Shown piece after piece: positions 13,465 to 25,659 of a stretch of 60,000 bases of DNA (the stretch's first letter is position 1; the number at the start of each line of letters is the position of its first letter). The notes under the pieces were generated by a model. The model was not told the DNA's origin, did not search any database, and saw only the letters and a list, made by a program, of their open reading frames with translations. Origin of the DNA: Mobula hypostoma (taxonomy: Eukaryota); assembly GCF_963921235.1 (NCBI RefSeq), contig NC_086108.1, forward strand, positions 37,512,001-37,572,000, in the 5' to 3' direction. Made by a program: the position numbers and the translations under genes.

Positions 13465-15590
13465 ACAAAAGATTCTACAGAAACGGGAAATCTTGAACGA
13501 CAACACAAAATGCTGGAGGAACTCAGCAAGTCAGGCAGCATGTATGGAGAGGAATAAATAGTGGACATTTCAGGTTGAAACTCTTCGTCAGGACTGGAAA
13601 GGAAGGGGACAGAAACCCAACAAAGAACCTAGGGCGAGGTGAAGGAGCACAAGCTGATAGGTAATAGTTGAGATCAGATAAGGGTGAAGGTGGGTAGATG
13701 AGGAGGAGGGATGAAGTAAGAATCTGGGAGGTGATAGGTGGAAGAGGTAAAGGGCTGAAGAAGAAGGAATCTAATAGGACAGGACAGTGGACCATGGAAG
13801 AAACAGAAGGACAAGGGGCACCAGAGGGAAGTGATGGGTAAGTGAAAAGAGAAGCGTTGAGAGGATAATCAGAATGAGGGATGGAAAGACAGGAGGGAGA
13901 TGGAAGAAGCTACTGTAAATTAGAGAAATCATTGTTCATGTCATCAGATTAGAGGCTAATCAGATGAAATGTGAGGTATTTTAACTCCATTCTGAGTTTG
14001 GCCACATCATATCAGTAGAAGAGACTATGGATAGACGTCAGAATAAGAACAGAAAGGCAAATTGGAATGGGTAGCCACCAGCTGCTCGACAAAGCAGTTC
14101 CACAATCTGTATAGGGTCTACCAATATAGAGATTATATCAGATACAATAACTGAGCCTTTCAGACTTGCAGGTGAAGTGCTGCCTCACCTGGAAGGACTT
14201 TGGAGTCTGGAATGTTGGTGAGGCAGGAGATGTCGGGGCAAGTGTAGCACTTGTCATGCTTGCAGGGATAAATGCCTAGTGTAAGATAAGTGGGGAGGGA
14301 CAAATGGACAAGAGTGGTTCCTAGAGAGTAATCCCTATAGAAAGCAAAAAAAAAAGGAGATAGGAAGCATGTGCTTCGTGTTAAGATCCCTTTGAAAGTG
14401 ACAGGAGTTACAGGAAATGACATGCTGGGTACAGAGATTCATAGGGTGGCATGTAAGGACAGGGGGAAACCTATCCCTGTTATAATGGCAGGAGAATGGG
14501 GTGAGGGAAGATGTGTGGGAAATGGAAGAAAAGTGGGAGTGGGCAGATCAATGGTAGAAGGGAGGTTCACGAGGATTATTCCAGTAATGAAGGGGTTAAC
14601 ATATGAGGAGCGTTTGACAGCTTTGGGCCTGTACTCTCTGGAATTTAGAAGAATGCAGGAGTATCTCATTGACACCCAGTGAATGCTGAAAGGACTAGAT
14701 AGGATGGAGGTGGAGAAGATCTTCCCCATAGTGAGGATGTCCAGAGCTAGCAGGTACAGCCTCAAAATTGAAGGGTGACCCTTTAGAACAGAAGTAAGGA
14801 GAACTTTTTTTAGACAGAGAATAGTAAATCTGTAGAATGCTCTGCCACAAATTGTGGTGGAGGCCAAGTCCGTGCGTATATTTAAGGCGGAAATTGATCA
14901 TTTCCTGATCAGTCAAGGCATCAAAGGATATGGCAAGAAGACAGGAGCACGGAGTTGAGTGGGATCTGGGATCAGTCATGATGCAATGGCAGAGCAGACT
15001 TGATGGGGGTGAATGGCCTAATTTAGCTCCTATGTCTTATGGTCTTATAGCCTAGGAGAAACCTCATTCTTTGAAAAAAAAGAGGACATCTCAAATGTAC
15101 TAAAATGGAAAGCATCATTCTGAGAACAAATATGGTGGTAGTAACGGAGGAACCGAGAGATTTTTACAAGTAATAGGGTGGGAAGAGTTACAGTCAAGAT
15201 AACTGAGAGACTCAGTAGGTTTTTGAAAGATGCCAGTGGATAGTCTGTCTCCAAAAATTGAGAAAGGGGAGAGGAATGCCAAAGATGGATCAAATAAATT
15301 TGAGTGCAGGATGCACGCTGGGGGCAAAGTTGATGAAATTAATGATTTCAGCAAGGGTGCAGGAAGCAGCACCAATACAGTCACTAGTGTAGCAGAGCAA
15401 GAGTTAGGGAGTATTACCAGTGTAGGCTTGGAACATGAACACATAGCCAACAAAAAAGCAAACACGGTTGGGACTCACGCATTGCCAATGGCTGTAGCTT
15501 TGGTTTAGAGAAAGTGGAAGGGGCCGGATGAGAAATTGCTGAGGATAAGAGCCAGTTCCACAGTTCCACCAGGTGGAGGATAGTAGTAGA
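13465..15590 (-). mobile_element. Penelope-like element (degenerate RT, GIY-YIG region and terminal repeat), interrupted by CR1
   Basis: Terminal repeat at 13465-13600; GIYPCKHDKCYTCP; similar to 56870-58325. Confidence 0.8.
14556..15047 (+). mobile_element. CR1 LINE 3' end nested in Penelope
   Basis: RFTRIIPVMKGLTYEERLTALGLYSLEFRR; tail tgtcttatggtcttat. Confidence 0.9.
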
Positions 15591-15799
15591 GGGGTTTCTA
15601 TCAGATGGAAGAGGGTGCTAGTGGAGGGATAATTCTTATAGGGTTGATGTTACTAGTTTTGATTTTATTTCACAATAGCCATTAAGTTTAGATAGTATGA
15701 TCAGCAATTACATTGGATAAATGAGAAATTGAATAAAATGTGAATGCTAATAAAAGCAAGATCTATTTATTTAGTGTTGCTGACATTTGTTGAACATCA

Positions 15800-15945
15800 T
15801 TGTCTTTTAAATTCTGTGGGCTCACTCCTCGTCATCTAGAACATAGGACATGAGACAGAACTGGTTGGCATGCTTTGGTTAAACTTGGTCACAGCAACTT
15901 AGAAGATAGGCATCTGGAGACCGCCCAAAAGAAAAGGAAAGCAAC
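15800..15945 (+). mobile_element. Ancient RTE-clade LINE C-terminal relic
   Basis: LKFCGLTPRHLEHRT*DRTGWHALVKLGHSNLEDRHLETAQKKRK resembles the RTE ORF C-terminal 'DRxxWR' motif. Confidence 0.45.
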
Positions 15946-16011
15946 TCCCTTGTCCCCACTACAGATGTCTTATGCCATTTAACAATTGGACTCTAGTCAC
16001 ATCCAAGCATA

Positions 16012-16865
16012 CGAGGGGTGATTGATAAGTTCATGGCCTAAGGTAGAAGGAGTCAATTCTAGAAAACCTAGCACATTTATTTTTCCTACATTTAGTCATA
16101 GTCATAGTCATAGTCATACTTTATTGATCCTGGGGGAAATTGGTTTTCATTACAGTTGCACCATAAATAATAAATAGTAATAAAACCATAAATAGTTAAA
16201 TAGTAATATGTAAATAATGCCAGGAAATAAGTCCAGGACCAGCCTATTGGCTCAGGGCGTCTGACCCTCCAAGGGAGGAGTTGTAAAGTTTGATGGCCAC
16301 AGGCAGGAATGACTTCCCATGACGCTCTTATTTACACACTTAGTCCAGCAGTCGTGGAGCATATGGATCCCTTCTTTATAGAAGTCAGCGTCTTGGACCT
16401 CCAGAAAGTGGTCCATGGCAGAGGTGATTGAAGTTCGTGGACTAAGGTAGAAGGAGATGAGTTATTAACTTCAAGCTTTCTGCATTTTCACTCAAAGAGT
16501 TGAACTGCACGTGCATGTAACAAGAGCTCTATATCTCATCTCCTTCTACCCAAGGCCATGAACTTATCAAGCTGTGGACCACCTGGAGGACCAAGATGCT
16601 CTCGTTACATCCACATGCAGTTCAACTCTTTGAGTGATAATGCAGAAAGTTTGAAGTTAATAACTCATCCCCTTCTACCTTAGGCCACAAACTTATCAAT
16701 CACCCCTGCTGTGGACCACTTCTACAAAGAAGGGATCCGTATGCTCTACGACCACTGGACTAAGTGTGTACATGTAGGAGGGGACTATGTTGAAAAATAA
16801 ATGTGCTAGGTTTTCTAAAATGGACTCCTTCTACCTTAGGCCACGAACTTATCAATCACCCCTCG
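16012..16865. mobile_element. Mariner-derived palindromic MITE
   Basis: TA TSD; TIR cgaggggtgattgataagttc / gaacttatcaatcacccctcg; encodes the mariner C-terminus FYKEGIRMLYDHWTKCVHVGGDYVEK*. Confidence 0.9.
16095..16329 (-). mobile_element. LINE 3' end (Rex-like) with (TGACTA)n tail nested in the mariner MITE
   Basis: tagtca x4 tail; candidate TSD attta (16090-16094, 16330-16334). Confidence 0.65.
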
Positions 16866-19189
16866 TACACCAGATGAGCTACAATCAACATTGTCGAAAT
16901 CAATGAAGAGCCAACAAGACATTGTATGGTGAAGAATTGACAGCATTAAAAGCCACATTCTAAATGCACTGCTGCTTAATGAAGCATTTGCAAAGTCACT
17001 GCCAGTTTGAATCAGCAGGTGTAATACTACTATCACTTTTAACATCTTTATATTTACTATAACGCCAGAAGTTAACAAAGGTTTAAAAAATGTCCAGGGT
17101 TGCTTCACGATGATACCAAGGTCTCTTTATGAACAGAAATTTTGATCGTACCCTTCATACGTTATAAGAACATTCATATTATATATAATAAATGCACAAT
17201 GAAACAGGGTTAACCTGTTAATTAAACCATGACCCAGGATTGATAATAATATATTACAAGGAGCTGAAGTAATTCTTGTCTGTTATTAAATGTATAGCTG
17301 CGCAAGTCACTTGTTTTCTCACTCTTTGTGTCTCTCAGTCTATGGCTCACATCGATGAGCTTATGTTTTAACTCAAAATACATCCCTCAGTATTATCTCA
17401 CTCAACACAGAAAATAACTATCTTTTACACAAACAAATCACCTGCCAGAGGTGTTCACGAAACTTTCACTTGACAGAGTGGCAGAGATCTGATTATAAAG
17501 AGGATATGCACAGAACGGAAAGGTTGCAAAAAAAAGCACCATATGATACCACACTGAATAAGAACTGAGAAATGATCTTACATTATTAAGAGGTTTAACT
17601 GAGTAGTTAGGGGTAATATCTTACAATTTCCTCTAAAATTCTGAAAATATTTAACAGGATAGATATGGAGATCTTTACAGCTGTGAACTGACTGAAGGGA
17701 AAGGGGCTGAATTGTACTGACCAAAGCAAGCAGTCCTGAAGGGAACTGAGAGCATTCAGTACCTCCACGACAAACAAGTGCTGGACAAGTATTAATGTGT
17801 TGTAAATCTAAGACTTTCTGACCAGGAGATATTTTATTATGATTTTTTAATTGTTTAAGACAGTTTTGTATCTGAATATTAGAGACATGGCCTGTGCAGG
17901 AAATGAGGTTCTTCTTCCATGAGGTGAGCAGTATTGGCACAAAAATATGAACAAAGGACTTCCCACAGCATTTCACATTACCTCTTGTCAATGGCTGTTG
18001 GGTATTCCGGGGGCTGGGCCTCTGCAGAACATAACCTAAGACTTACTTGCTGTTGCATTCTCCAATGCCTCAGCAGATACCTCCAAGGAAGTTGAAGGTC
18101 TGCATATTCTGTCCTTCACTTCCAGCCAAGGGAAGTGCAGAAGGGTAGAGATAGTTGGGAGTCGGTGTGAGACTAAGTTGTGCAGTCAATCTAATGTTTC
18201 TCAATTTGAGCTAATTCATTAATAAATCCATCAGGAGCTCACTAAACGAATTTGTGGTAGAGAAGAATTTTGTCTGTGTAAACTGTGAATGCTCAAGATA
18301 GCAGAGTCAACTGCTTGAGATGCACTTAAGGAAAATCTAGAGAGACCAATGCATTGTAGGGAATAGGAGGAGATAGTCTGATGGAATAAACAATGAGCAG
18401 TAAAGAAAGCCAAACTTATGTAATAAACAAGAACAATTAAAATATTGCTGTAATACTAATAAAAGTAAACCAAAGAAAACAAACACGCATAAACAAAAGC
18501 AATTACTGAGTGTAAAAAGCCATCAAGTGGAACAAAGTGGGAAGAAATAATTATGAAAATGTTTCAGATGAGAGTATGAACACAATTTAATTGTTCCAAG
18601 CTGTTAAAATATTTTGATAAATGCGGGAAAGTAATTAATTTATGAAAGGCTTAAACAAACATTTTGACCATATTTAAATACTTGTTATTGTGCACAGTTG
18701 CAGATACGTGTAACCTCAAAGATATATTCCAACTGGCCTATTGGTGTCTGGAAATTCGTCTGGCCTGTTTTTGGTAAACATACAGTATTCTATGCATCTT
18801 CCACATTGTGCTAATTCCCAATCTTATTCCATTGCAAAACATTGTGTAATTGGTTAAAAATACAGTGAAGCAATGGTTTCACCGGGAAACATGCTCCACA
18901 ATGGGAACTACTCTGTTCGTGGTTATTGTTCCAAGGGACAATTAAATGCAGCTTCCAAAATTCAACTGTGCTCCTATGTGATAAGTACATCAACAAATGC
19001 AGATATGACACAGAAACAAACAGCAGCAATACACATTCTATCTGCTATGAAAGTAAGAAAGACCTCACAATTGAGGGGAGGAGGCCTGTCAGAACTGTCA
19101 GAAGGTTGTGGACATCATTAGAGAGATAGCAGGAGAATGTTCCTGTGCTACCCTGAGATGCCATAAGAAAAGTCTGGCATGAGGATCTC

Positions 19190-20610
19190 TAAACACAAAA
19201 GATTCTGCGGATGATGGAAATCCAGAGTAACACACACGAATTCCTGGAGGAACTCAGCAGGTCAGGCAGCATCTATGAAGGAGAGTAAACATTCAAAGGT
19301 TTGGGCTGAGACCCTTCATTAGGACTAAAAAGGAAGGGAGAAGAAGCCAGAATATGATGGTGGTGGGCGAGGGGGGAATACCAGTCAGCAAGTGATAGGT
19401 GAGCACAAGATATTCTGCAGATGCTGGAAATCCAGAATAACACACACAAAATACTGAAGGAATTCAGCAGGCCTGGCAGCATTTATGGAAATGAATGAAC
19501 AGTTTTGATGAAGGGTCTTGGCCCAAAACATCAGCTGCATATTCATTTCCATAGATGCTACCTGACCTGCTGAGTTCCTCCAGCATTTTGTGTGTGTTGT
19601 GTAGGTGATTGGTGAAGTTAAGTGAGGGAGAGTAATCTTTCTGTTGAAGATTATTTCTGCCATCTTCAATGGGATCCTACCAGTCAACACACTTTTCCAT
19701 CCCCTCCATTCTCTGTTTGGCACAGGGATCTCTCTCTCCGTGACTCTCCTGTCCATTCATTCCTTCCCTCCGATTTTCCTCCTGGTATTTATCACTTCAA
19801 GCAGCACAAGTGCTACACATGCTCATTCACCTCCTCCCTCACCACCAATCAGGGTCCCAAATAGTCCTTCCATGTGAGGCAATTCTTCACCTGCAAATCT
19901 GTCAGGGTCATCTACTGTATCTGTTGCTCCCAGCATGGCCTCCTCTACATTGGCAAGACTCAATGTAGTTTGGGGGACTGCTTTGTCAAGTGCCTTGCTT
20001 CGTTCACAACAGGCAGGATTTCTTGGTGTCCACACATTTTAATTCCACTCACCATTCCCATCCAACCTGTTGATCCATGGCCTCCTCTACTGCCATGATA
20101 AGGTCCCTCTCAGGTCGAAGGGGCAACACCTCATATTCCATGTGGGCAGCCTCCAACTTGATGGCATAAACATAGATTCATTTAACCCCTTGTAATATAT
20201 TCCCCCTCCCCCTTCTCCTTCTTTTTCCATTCCCCATTCTGGCTCCACTGTTATCCCTTCTTTTCTGCTCACCTGCCTATCACTTCCGTCTGGTGTCCCT
20301 TCTCTTGCCCTTTCTCCCATGGTCCACTTTCCTGTTAGCTTCCTTCTTCTTCAGCCCTTTACCTTTTCCAGCTATCACCTACCAGCTTCTCACTTCAGCC
20401 CCACATCCCCCCTGACCTTCCTCCTCACCTGGCTTCACTTATCACCTGCTAGCTTGAACTCCTTCCCTCCCCTCACCTACTTATCCTGGCTTCTTCCCCC
20501 TTCCTTTTCCAACCTGATGAAAGGTCTCAGCTTGAAACATTGACCATCTATACTTTTCCATAGCTGTTGCCTGATCTGCAGAGTTCCTCCAGCATTTTGT
20601 ATGTGTTACG
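19190..20610. mobile_element. Penelope-like element with inverted 5' segment (19190-19630 minus; 19630-20610 plus, GIY-YIG)
   Basis: FTCKSVRVIYCICCSQHGLLYIGKT GIY-YIG motif; terminal repeats in opposite orientation at both ends. Confidence 0.85.
19403..19601. mobile_element. Penelope-derived foldback mini-element with a hammerhead-like core in the loop
   Basis: ~65-bp inverted arms (about 19437-19501 / 19533-19599); TSD taggtga at 19396-19402 and 19602-19608. Confidence 0.7.
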
Positions 20611-21239
20611 AGGAGCTCGAGTTGTCTCAGAACCCAAAAAGTCACAGCAATCAAAAAGTACAAGCCACCACCACATTACAAGTTGATGAGGTTGCGTTCC
20701 TGGAAAATGATCCACATCGTGATTTTCCATAACACAAAGCCGCGTCATCAAGGCATGCATCAAGAAATGAGGGTTCAAAGAAAAATCTTTTGTGCTTATT
20801 TATTTTAGTTTTTCCCACAAAAATTCCATGCAAGCATATTTTAATTTGTATATTTTGGTTGTGATTTGTGAATTGCGTAAAGGCAAATTTGCATCACCCA
20901 AATAGCAGTAACGCAGGGATCATCTGTGTATGAACATAGGTCTTTGTGATTACAGCACCTGGGTGACATGACCGAAGCAGAGCACCACCAAATTACAAGG
21001 CATTTCAGAGACCAACTGCAGGTTCTTAGAACAAATCTGAAAAAACTATTTGCCAAGAACGATCATGATCATGGGGACACGATTGCCCACATCATACAAA
21101 ATGGCACAATATCCTTGTATTTGCCCATTCAGTATCTGATAGCTAAAACATAGCAGTGGCTATCATTAGTTACTCTGTGGTTGGGGGAAAAGCAAGGTAA
21201 CTTTATTACAGGTTGATGGACAACAGTTCACTTTCCATG

Positions 21240-21333
21240 CAACACGCACAAAATGCTGGAGGAACTCAGCAGGCCAGGCAGCATCTATGGAAAGAAGTAT
21301 AATCGACTTTTCAGGCTGACACCCTTCAGCAGG
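21240..21333 (-). mobile_element. Penelope terminal-repeat mini-insertion
   Basis: aacacgcacaaaatgctggaggaactcagc...cttcagcagg, flanked by the direct repeat tcactttccatgc on both sides. Confidence 0.75.
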
Positions 21334-21819
21334 TCACTTTCCATGCTATGACAGTGGACTGTCAGAATAATCTGACATGTCTGTTTGTCCCTTTGATTGA
21401 TCTACGGGAAGGTTTGGGGTAGTTTGTATTCGAATAGCTGCAATGACTTCACTCTGGTAGCATCACCTCCTGGACGGTCCTTTCGATCACTGACCCAACC
21501 ATTGACAGGAGTCCAGCTCATTTGTGTTTACACCTAGTAAGCGTGGGGTGGTGGCATTCAAATGCTATGTGTGATTTCTTCACTTTCTCATTGAGCCTTG
21601 CCATTGAAGTTGTTGAGCTCGATGTCTCTGCCATAACTTTCTTATCTATTTTCCCCAATACATTTCTAATCTGATCAATACAACTAATTATCTACTTCCC
21701 AGAACCTATAGCTGCACAAGCTAAGTATAGTTACCGTTATACATTAACATGTTGTTCATGGCTTGCTGACACACTCTCTGTGTCTTCTGCATTCATATTT
21801 CTATTTATTGCACCTGCAG

Positions 21820-21852
21820 GTCTACTTTCCAATCAGGAATGGTCAGATATAC
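21820..21852 (+). other. Candidate 33-nt host micro-exon
   Basis: Pyrimidine-rich acceptor ...tttctatttattgcacctgcag| and consensus donor |gtaagt; length a multiple of 3; open in all frames; unique sequence. Confidence 0.3.
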
Positions 21853-22753
21853 GTAAGTACTGGGCTGGTGCTCATCAGCCGGCTCCTCTGTGATGACACT
21901 GTTCACGGGTGGAGTTGATCCCTCGTTGGGTCTGTGAGGACCACAAGAAGATGAATCATAATGTTTCACCTCAGTCCAGAGTTTCCACTGGCTGCTTCGC
22001 TGGGTTTGCACAGAAACACAGATGTCATTTGTCAGAATCACCCCCTGTAGTCCTATCCACCTGGATCTATCATCTCTCTCTCCTGCTGTCCCTGAATCTT
22101 CCTACAGTTTGGCTTCATCCTCACCATCACATCTTTATTATTTCCTCTACATTTAGGTCTGAATCACTACTGATATTAAAACAAGCAAACCATGAACAGA
22201 GCCCTATGGAACTTCGCAGGCCACAGTACTCCAGTCAGGAAAATCACCCATCATCATTACCTTTTGTTTCTTGCTATTGAGATGACCTTGGATCCAGTTT
22301 ACTGTTAGTCTTGGATCTCAGAGGAATAAACTATACTTGAACAATCTGCCATGTGAGAACTTGTTTAAAGTCTTACTAAAATCCACAAAGACTTTATCAG
22401 TTATACTGCCCTCATTCCCATTTCCTCAAATAAGAAAGTCAAGATGGTCACACATGACTTTCTCTTAACATACGTAAGCTGATTAATCTGTGCCTTTCTA
22501 AATGAATATGTACAGTGCCTATAAAAAGTATTCACACCCCTTGGAAGTGCTCATGCTTTATTATTCTCCATCACAGTGAATTTAACTTGGCTTTTTTTTG
22601 ATACTTAGCAACAGAAAAAGACTCTTATGTGTCAAAGTAAAAACAGATTTCTATAAAGTGATGTAAATTAATTACAAATATAAAACACAAGATTGCATAA
22701 GTATTCACCCCCTTTAATATGACACATCAAATTATCATTGGTGCAGCCAATTG

Positions 22754-23064
22754 TTTTTTTTTATAGGCATCCGTTAGTCTTGTGAGACCATGGATTTATG
22801 CCTTGGAAGGTTTCCAGGGCGCAGGCCTGGGCAAGGTTGTAAGGAAGACAGGCAGTTGCCCATGCTGCAAGTCTCCCCTCTCCACGCCACCCATGTTGTC
22901 CAAGGGAAGGGCATTAGGACCCATACAGCTTGGCACCGTTGTCATCGCAGAGCAATATGTGGTTAAGTGCCTTGCTCAAGGACACAACACGCTGCCTCAG
23001 CCAAGGCTTGAACGAGCGACCTTCAGAACACTAGACGAACACCTTAATCACTTGGCCATGCGCC
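22754..23064 (-). mobile_element. tRNA-derived SINE with CORE-like central motif and poly(A) tail
   Basis: Minus strand: A box TGGCCAAGTG, B box GTTCAAGCC, gtgtccttgagcaaggcacttaac, A-tail (poly-T 22754-22762). Confidence 0.8.
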
Positions 23065-23242
23065 AGTGCAAATTGGTTTTAGAAGTCACATAATTAGTTA
23101 AATGGAGAATTTGTTTTGGAGACCTGTGTGCAGTGAAGGTGTTTCAATTGAATGTAGTAAAAATACACCTGGATCTGGAAGGTCCAACTGCTGAACATCA
23201 CAATAAGAGTGTTTTTAGTATTGGGTAGCTGGGTGGCTGGTA

Positions 23243-25659
23243 AATAGGTGCAGGAGTAGGCCATTCGGCCCTTTGAGCCTGCACCGCCATTCAGTATAAT
23301 GACGGCTGATCATCCAACTCAGAACCCTGTAACTGCCTTCTCTCCATACCCCCGATCCCTTTAGCCACAAGGGCCATATCTAACTCCCTCTTAAATATAG
23401 CCAATGAACTAGCCTCAACAGTTTCCTGTGGCAGAGAATTCCACAGATTCACCACTCTCTGTGTGAAGAAGTTTTTCCTCATCTCGGTCCTAAAAGGCTT
23501 CCCCTTTATCCTCAAACTGTGACCCCTCGTTCTGGACTTCCCCAACATCAGGAACAATCTTCCTGCATCTAGCCTGTCCAATCCCTTTAGAATTTTATAC
23601 GTTTCAATAAGATCCCCCCTCAATCTTCTAAATTCCAGCGAGTATAAGCCTAGTCGATCCAGTCTTTCATCATATGAAAGTCCTGCCATCTCAGGAATCA
23701 ATCTGGTGAACCTTCTTTGTATTCCCTCTATGGCAAGACTGTCTCTCCTCAGATTAGGGGACCAAAACTGCACACAATGCTCCAGGTGTGGTCTCACCAA
23801 GGCCTTGTAAAACTGCAGTAGTACCTCCCTGCTCCTGTACTCGAATCCTCGTGCTATGAATGCCAGTATACCATTAGCTTTTTTTATCACCTGCTGTACC
23901 TGTATGCCCACTTTCAATGACTGGTGTATAATGATACCCAGGTCTCTTTGCACCTCCCCTATTCCTAATCAGCCACCATTCAGATAATAATCTGTTTTCC
24001 CGTTGTTTTTGCCACCAAAGTGGATAACCTCACATTTATCTACATTAAATTGCATCTGCCATGAATTTGCCCACTCACCTAACCTATCCAAGTCACCCTG
24101 CATCCTCTTAGCATCCTCCTCACAGCTAACAGTGCCGCCCAGCTTCATATCATCCGCAAACTTGGAGATGCTGCATTTAATTCCCTCGTCTAAGTCATTA
24201 ATATATATTGTAAACAACAGGGGTCCCAGCACTGAGCCTTGCGGTACCCCACTAGTCACTGCCTGCCATTCTGAAAAGGTCCCGTTTATTCCCACTCTTT
24301 GCTTCCTGTTTGCCAACCAATTCCCTAACCACATCAATAACTTACCCACAATACTGTGTGCTTTAAGTTTGCACACTCGTCTCCTGTGTGGGACCTTGTC
24401 AAAAGCCTTTTGAAAATCCAAATATACCACATCCACTGGTTCTTCCCCTCCACTCTACTAGTTACATCCTCAAAAAATTCTATGAGATTCGTCAGACATG
24501 ATTTTCCTTTCACAAATCCATGCTGACTTTGTCCGATGATCTCACCACTTTCCAAATGTGCTGTTATCACATCTTTGATAACTGACTCTAGCATTTTCCC
24601 CACCACCGATGTCAGGCTAAGCGGTCTATAATTCTCCGGTTTCTCTCTCCCTTCTTTTTTAAAAAGCAGGGTTACATTAGCCACCTTCCAATCCTCAGGA
24701 ACTAGTCCAGAATCTAAAGAGTTTTGAAAAGTTATCATTAATGCATCCACTATTTCTTGGGCTACTTCCTTAAGCACTCTGCAATGCAGATCATCTGGCC
24801 CTGGGGATTTATCTGCCTTTAATCCCTTCAATTTACCTAACACCACTTCCCTATTAACATGTATTTCCCTCAGTTCTTCCATCTCACTAGACCCTTGGTC
24901 CCCTACTATTTTCGGAAGATTATTTATGTCCTCCTTAGTGAAGACAGAACCAAAGTAGTTATTCAATTGGTCTGCCATGTCCTTGTTCCCCATGATCAAT
25001 TCACCTGTTTCTGACTGTAAGGGACCTACATTTGTCTTAATCAATCTATTTCTTTTCACATATCTATAAAAGCTTTTACAGTCAGTTTTTATGTTCCCTG
25101 CCAGTTTTCTCTCATAATCTTTTTTCCCTTTCCTAATTAAGCCCTTTGTCCTCCTCTGCTGGACTCTGAATTTCTCCCAGTCCTCAGGTGTGCCGCTTTT
25201 TCTGGCTAATTTTTACGCTTCTTCTTTGGAATTGATACTATCCCTAATTTCCCTGTCAGTCATGGGTGCACTACCTTCCCTAGTTTATTCTTTTGCCAAA
25301 CTGGGATGAACAATTGTTAACAACAGGAATTCTGCAGATGCTGGAAATTCCTGACGAAGGGTCTTGGCCTGAAATGTCGACTGTACCTCTTCCTAGAGAT
25401 GCTGCCTGGCCTGCTGCGTTCACCAGCAACTTTGATGAACAATTGTTGTAGTTTCTCCATACGATCTTTAAATGCTTGCCATTGCATATCCACCGTCAAC
25501 CCTTTAAGTATCATTTGCCAGTCTATCTTAGCTAATTCATGTCTCATACCTTCAAAGTTACCCTTCTTTAAGTTCAGAACCTTCGTTTCTGAATTAACTT
25601 GTCACTCTCCATCTTAATGACGAATTCCACCATATTATGGTCACTTTTACCCAAGGGGC
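23243..25659 (-). mobile_element. CR1 LINE, 5'-truncated, relatively young (long RT ORF pieces)
   Basis: ORFs of 241, 155 and 220 aa: KSPGPD, QHGFVKGKSCLTNL, YLDFQKAFDKV, GVPQGSVLGP, FADD; TSD ctggta (23237-23242, 25660-25665). Confidence 0.95.
25319..25433 (+). mobile_element. Penelope-derived mini-insertion (inverted head plus hammerhead core) inside CR1
   Basis: 14-bp duplication gatgaacaattgtt at 25305-25318 and 25434-25447; ctgacga-a-ggg-tcttgg-cct-gaaa-tgtc. Confidence 0.8.

Noticed and set aside
18047..18190. Possible minus-strand exon with GTAAGT donor
   Set aside because: Stops in all frames from the nearest acceptor; weak acceptor
23291..25059. Long ORFs (220, 155, 241 aa) as host genes
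   Set aside because: Consecutive frameshifted pieces of CR1 ORF2
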